This document shows positions 61,701 to 64,000 of a stretch of 64,000 bases of DNA, piece by piece. The notes below the pieces were generated by a model. That model made no database searches. It was not told where the DNA came from and was given only the letters and a program-made list of their open reading frames with translations. This DNA is from a virus (lineage: Duplodnaviria; Caudoviricetes): IMG/VR virus record IMGVR_UViG_3300032295_000707, positions 2,700 to 66,699 of that record; one strand, 5' to 3'. How positions within the stretch are numbered: position 1 is the stretch's first letter; each line of letters starts with the position of its first letter. Both the position numbers and the translations under genes were made by a program.

Positions 61701-64000
61701 AATCAATTTGCAGTTGAGTATGATGTTGATAACAATCCAACATTATGGACAGGTCCTACATTAACAATTACCGGTACTGGAACAGGTGCTGAAATTATTA
61801 CATCGGTTAATAGATTAGGAGAAATTGTTCGAGCAACAATTAAAAATCCAGGAACTGGATTTATTACTGCTCCTATCATCGAAGTTAGACCGTTTACTGT
61901 ACTAGTACTAGCTGACGAAACTGTAGCAAATCGTTGGAGCTTATACCAGTGGGATTATGAAGCATATCAATATATTAGAGTTAAAACTCAAAGCTATAAT
62001 ACTCAAATGTATTGGACTTATGTAGATTGGGCAGTGTCTAACTTTAATCCTGCCCAAGATATGTATATTACTTTAGAATCTCCTTATCAATTACCATCCG
62101 TAAGAAATATAACAGCGGGTAATTATATCAAGATTAAAAATGCAGGAGATGGTAGATATATTATTATTAGAAAGACTAATAATTCAATAGGAACTTATAG
62201 TAATTCCTACGATCTAGTATACCAGGAAAAAGGAACTATACAGATATCTGACGAATTGTGGAAAATTACCACAGGATTTGATTACAATGCAGGATATGAT
62301 CAACTTTTATATGATCAAATTCCAGGAGTTGAAGTTGAAAATATTATAGATGGATTGGATGTAATATTTTCAAACAGTTTAAAGGTATATTCTAATTTAC
62401 TATTCTTTAGATTAATAAAATATGCATTTGCAGAACAAAAATTCTTAGACTGGGCATTTAAGACTAGTTTTATTTCTGTTGTAAATTATGCAGGATCATT
62501 GGACCAGCGACCTACATATAAGTTAAACAACGAAACTTATTACGAGTCTTATATTAACGAAACTAAACCTTATCATACAAAGGTAAGAAATTTTTCTGTT
62601 AACTATACTGCTACTGATGTAACTTCTGCCGTATTAACAGATTTTGATTGCCCTCCTACATTTAGTCCAGCAATTAACAATTTTGTACCAGTCACATTTG
62701 GTTCTGCGCTACTGAATACATATCCTTGGAAAAGTTGGTCAGATAATTATGCTTTCCACTTAGATAGTATAGAGATTTACGACGGTGGCTCCGGATACGA
62801 AGTTCCTCCGGTTGTTGTATTTTCAAATCAAGCAGGCGACCAAGGATCTGGTGCTGAAGCGGTTGCATATATTTCTCTAGGAAAAGTAACTAAGATTGTT
62901 GTTACTAAACCTGGTAGTGGATACACCGCTACTCCTGTTGTAACATTATTAGGCGGCGGCCCAACAACATTGACTCCTGCTAAAATAGGTATTAGAATGA
63001 CAAACGGGCTAGTTAGATCTAGTCTAATTAAAATGAAGTTTGATCGAGTATCGGGATTCAATGAAATTGATACGGTGTTAGCTGAAGATAATTTTACATC
63101 TAACGGATATACAAACACTTATAAATTAACTTGGGCACCTAATGCAGATAAGAATAACATCACAGTAAAGTTAGATGGTATTAAAGTTTTAGCAGACGGT
63201 TATTCTGTTAAAACTTGGACTGAAAAATTTGCAGGTTACTCTAAAAAATATGGTAGCATTACTTTATCAACAGTTCCTAACATTAAATCTGTTGTAACAG
63301 TAATCTATGAAAAAGATATTAGTTTGTTTAATGCAGTTGATAGAATTATGAATTTCTATCAACCAGAAGTAGACATGCCAGGTAATACTGCTACTATTTT
63401 AATGGCAGGTTTAGAGTATCCCGGAGTAACAATTGATACATTGCCATTAGAATCGTCAACTGGTTTTGATTCTACTCCGTTTGCCACTAATAATTGGGAT
63501 GACTTTTCTCCTGAAGAAGGGTTATACGAGACAGTTGGATCTGCGTCTACAACAATGTTTACATTAGGGTACATTCCGGCGATCACATCTACCCTAACTG
63601 TATATAAAAATAATATTCGATTATACGGATCTACTGTTACAAATACATTATCCAATGTATTGCAACTAGTAAACGGATTAGTAATACCTGACGGTACAAA
63701 AAATAGAGTTAACATTTTTACAACATCTAGTTCTACTGATGTTATTTCTTTTAGACTTGAAACTAGTGACGGTTCGTTAAATGTAATCGACCTAGATCTA
63801 GATATGTATTTGTCAGGTGGCGATCCTTTAGCAGACAAGTCGTTGGGATACGGGTACGACCGTACTATTCCAACAGGTCCAGACGATTTAGAAGATATTG
63901 TAATCGACGGTGACAGTCTAGTATCAACTTGGAATAGTTACGGCCCTGAAGAAAATTTACCAGGTCGAGTCTCTGATACTGTAGGCATTAGTGTATATAC
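52722..64000 (+). CDS. Giant baseplate wedge/structural protein, >3759 aa, truncated by the window end (not in ORF track)
   Basis: TAATG coupling to gp6; starts MANSISQVVDISSPGTTRRSVDLLPALFRTDKNTKFLAGTLDQ; same frame spot-checked at ~57.1, 57.8, 59-60.4 and 63.96 kb; the ORF track lists no terminating ORF from this start, consistent with no stop. Follows gp6 as gp7-like wedge proteins do. Confidence 0.85.
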   Translation, partial: MANSISQVVDISSPGTTRRSVDLLPALFRTDKNTKFLAGTLDQFIQPAQLERLNGWVGSRATPTYNPAKDNYITSNSKLRNAYQVAPALVVKDENLNISKVLNYDDLINQLEFQGASVKKLDRLADPQLYSYNPHIEWDKFVNFDQYYWMPNGPDVVSVAGENNLSVSTYTVSDSEDGQYFIFTPDGLTQNPLLTLYRGVTYIFNIQSSKKFWLKNVRIAGTEGQYRGVDINGISNGKIIFKVDENTPASLFYVAEDSVINGGEILIKSLVDDSKIDVDANIIGKKTYTSGNGVVFTNGLRIRFSGNVFPDTYADKEFFVEGVGNKIVLIDVATLETPEKFVSVLDENFDGTGFDDYGFDTFKNTPLVPEYITINRASIDRNPWTRYNRWFHEDVIIASAGYNNRTPVLPVENRGKRPIVEFEPNLQLFNFGSTAIANVQHIDTITTDAFSDIEGQLGYYVNGVEITQGDRIVFTSDTDPFVNSKIFVVNFVRIDGILKIALEEATDSPPFVGASIIVTKGVNNAGTNWWFDGTTWQFGQQKEVYNQAPLFDIFDKDEHSYGDSAYYQSYFLGSKVFGYAMGTGSNDPILGFPLKYKNIADQAFYLFENYFVTDLSRVVDFDTTYYLPISKGFIRKNISADVNFYINVWDESSHYTVPILQYEVIQSNTSQVEITSINNPAYQDVKIEVFLNNNKAFLETDYTLYAQGSRYFVSFINQLKAQDTVLIKVYGNVVPSETGYYDISIGWSNNPLNGPIEEFTLSELTDHAKSMADSHPDFAGKFLGKNNSRDIIDLSRYGSRLVRNKNPLSMAGYFIADKEHNIINAVKQVCLQYNQFKLRFLEQITNLKGNYDAITSVDLALHNMNIARDASSAYAYADMLPYGNDVTSRQVTVTDSRNVTYGINSIYQLTQTDPRSVLVYHTPVSTGTRSQLIVERDYYFDPYDSTVIIKAPLTKGDILLINDYASTDGSFVPPTPTKLGLYPKYYPEIFVDNTYATPQKVIQGHDGSIIIAFDDYRDDIILELERRIYNNIKVNYNPDLLDFNDIVPGAFRKTEYGRQEITNLIRAEFLRWNNFYGFDYENNNLYDDNPKTWNFKSGNSLTSPAPLLGNQRAIYKYFYDTDRPHTHPWEMLGFSIEPSWWKSIYGPAPYTSGNLILWDDLEAGLIRDPAGRKIDTKYARPGLLDIIPVDSNGNLLDPAKSQIVHNLNFEDISNNWEFGDWGPVETAWRRSSYWPFAAQIMAILAKPATYSSLLFDTSRVSLNNAGQVVYSPTYDFVTPSDLLLYTDTISGNIVRSAGYSVMLIETGNQKSRTYVADIKSELSELSMNLTHKVGGFVSKDKLSIVIDSVNPATANPGTSLSNEDYNIFLDQSTPISSLAISGIIVQRTLAGYVLRGYDKSYPFFTCLLPEESAKNPDFTVGGKSEQFVIWEPSSSHDTGLSTAELTTAVSSNDGYKFYRVGQVVKYNELYYRVVVSHTSGSFFNFKYFKQLPGIPSVGGITVSKPTKFATVETLIPYGRTYKTEQEVFNIIMGYGAWLESQGAIFDEFQPELEEVLNWLYTGKEFLYWASQGWGQNTVITLSPFANSVKYKNNNGAIDNLGSAFYEYSITKADGTSLNERFLNVNRQDGVITVTTTNTADGIFFIRFNCVQKEHTLVFNNYSLFNDTIYDVGTGYRQRRLQLNGFRTANWNGDLFSPGFLYDEANITEWTKHSIYQAGAVVRFAGNYYSAIKTINSIDTFDYNEWRLLGEKPVSQLLPNFDYKINQFEDFYSLDIDNFDASQQQLAQHLVGYTPRPYLDNIFNNPISQYKFYQGFIKEKGTRNTISKLGKASSQNIGSYVDYFEEWAFRIGDYGSYTTDKSIEITLDESKFKENPQIVKFVESAPINPNETYIFQTENDVVIKPITYNNKPFATTSSIYAENILQLPVAGYVRIDDVTGTAFNKSSLLDISGSLNDGDVVWIAYKDNGDWDVYRYTNITTRVVDASIRVPGNYVTLTTDYYHGLSVGDLISVQQFDTQLDGVHQILAIPELDQLVISSTLTTLSTPFSPAVGLMFKFVSSRFSNPDALSYLDSINRLQFGEKVWVDDDGTGRWAVYEKTDAYTSKNYTPGTSGITFNQRFSFKVVANNAGTKVVSSAPEYYNSSAGIYGRVYAYSKSSTGTNNLVNAAGILLNISSNQTYYNSTDNPSFGAALALDDTNNFIAIGAPTASYVKFTTSTNKLNTVSATGTTSTYTQQGMVKMYQLNFARAETLQEFAVSSPQPQTGALFGSEIFIAESSTGTKLLMISSPGQDNESGAVHYSRYTVSTSNVVTISTSSQVQLPYTVTSNTWGDKFGTSIAGSSNGSSIAVAAPGYANGEGAVYVYAATNTGTFVNTQLITISSPGMAGNIVKADGFASKVLMDSTGKYLFVSAPKSSDNLFKSGKVFVFSKNESGTYLLNQIIVNPYSNNGSDFGSTMSLTPDGKSLVIASVGSNHRPYVTFDTYTTPLSGAVQYVLDPESKEKESATTFDSGTVNFFTTVKNSGSVFTFTRLTDRYFYSQELFDNTIVSNQVYGRSIAASSNCIFVGAPGLTTDIGQTGNMFLFDYSLDTWNKKRYESDLVDISKIKSIKLINTEQESVVSYLQFIDPIKGKIPGTADSELKYKTVFDPAVYSIGLPGTTVDSSSSWIDEHVGELWWDLGSVKYVWYEQGELDFRKNNWATVFPGSTIDVYEWVGSRYLPSQWSSIAGTNEGLSQGISGQPKFPNNSVMSVKQVWDPITNTMSNIYYYWVKNKITIPSTGNRKMSSNSVANSIANPRAQGLPFIAPISEDAIILTNIKPYVVGSNINLSIDIDDIDNSINKHTEWLLLQEGNKDSVPNAMLKKKVKDSILGRDTLGNIIPDPLLPARLKYGVKIRPRQSIFKDRLAALRVLVEYSNYVLKDQNIVDSTNLDFFNKKEEYPAVSTGLYDYQAEDVLTRDTIIPTRKLTKGIITVSVANGKINAVVIENPGFGYGNQFAVEYDVDNNPTLWTGPTLTITGTGTGAEIITSVNRLGEIVRATIKNPGTGFITAPIIEVRPFTVLVLADETVANRWSLYQWDYEAYQYIRVKTQSYNTQMYWTYVDWAVSNFNPAQDMYITLESPYQLPSVRNITAGNYIKIKNAGDGRYIIIRKTNNSIGTYSNSYDLVYQEKGTIQISDELWKITTGFDYNAGYDQLLYDQIPGVEVENIIDGLDVIFSNSLKVYSNLLFFRLIKYAFAEQKFLDWAFKTSFISVVNYAGSLDQRPTYKLNNETYYESYINETKPYHTKVRNFSVNYTATDVTSAVLTDFDCPPTFSPAINNFVPVTFGSALLNTYPWKSWSDNYAFHLDSIEIYDGGSGYEVPPVVVFSNQAGDQGSGAEAVAYISLGKVTKIVVTKPGSGYTATPVVTLLGGGPTTLTPAKIGIRMTNGLVRSSLIKMKFDRVSGFNEIDTVLAEDNFTSNGYTNTYKLTWAPNADKNNITVKLDGIKVLADGYSVKTWTEKFAGYSKKYGSITLSTVPNIKSVVTVIYEKDISLFNAVDRIMNFYQPEVDMPGNTATILMAGLEYPGVTIDTLPLESSTGFDSTPFATNNWDDFSPEEGLYETVGSASTTMFTLGYIPAITSTLTVYKNNIRLYGSTVTNTLSNVLQLVNGLVIPDGTKNRVNIFTTSSSTDVISFRLETSDGSLNVIDLDLDMYLSGGDPLADKSLGYGYDRTIPTGPDDLEDIVIDGDSLVSTWNSYGPEENLPGRVSDTVGISVY

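Noticed and set aside
77-63838. The many 60-160-aa ORFs antisense to or nested in long genes (e.g. 2491, 5899, 8707, 47032, 48166, 50949, 59687, 62828, 63359)
   Set aside because: Fully overlap well-supported long CDSs; expected from stop-poor reverse frames of biased codon usage; the recurring MYAITSA-type starts simply mirror the repeats
1-64000. Alternative genetic code (stop-codon reassignment)
   Set aside because: Very long intact ORFs and near-complete coding density under code 11

Overview
A 64-kb, AT-rich, gene-dense segment of a large T4-like (myovirus, probably jumbo) phage genome, read in the standard genetic code. Layout: (i) 1-23 kb, minus strand: fibre/virion-appendage genes, including two giant paralogous repeat proteins (3391 and 2171 aa); (ii) 23-31.7 kb, minus: head module (major capsid gp23, scaffold, prohead protease gp21, acidic core protein, portal gp20) plus a tape-measure-like gene; (iii) 31.8-32.9 kb, plus: baseplate hub assembly genes; (iv) 32.9-40.3 kb, minus: gp55-like late sigma factor, gp47/gp46 (Mre11/Rad50-like) nuclease, an Hc1-like basic protein, a minimal GIY-YIG nuclease, a small CxxC ORF, a ~500-nt ORF-free structured region and a low-complexity late protein; (v) 40.4 kb to the end, plus: baseplate module (tube-initiator-like, gp53-like, hub, gp5-like spike with lysozyme-fold domain, gp25, gp6) and a >3750-aa wedge protein that runs off the window and is missing from the ORF track. 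A TAAATA late-promoter core precedes most late units. Two candidates stand out. First, the ~162-aa repeats of the giant proteins (16 + 8 copies) align by eye with the phycobiliprotein globin fold, including the bilin-attachment C-x-R-D motif. Second, a ~380-nt highly paired non-coding element lies directly downstream of the GIY-YIG and CxxC genes. All family assignments are from motif recognition and memory; no searches were run. No tRNA, rRNA, CRISPR array, integrase or reverse transcriptase was seen.
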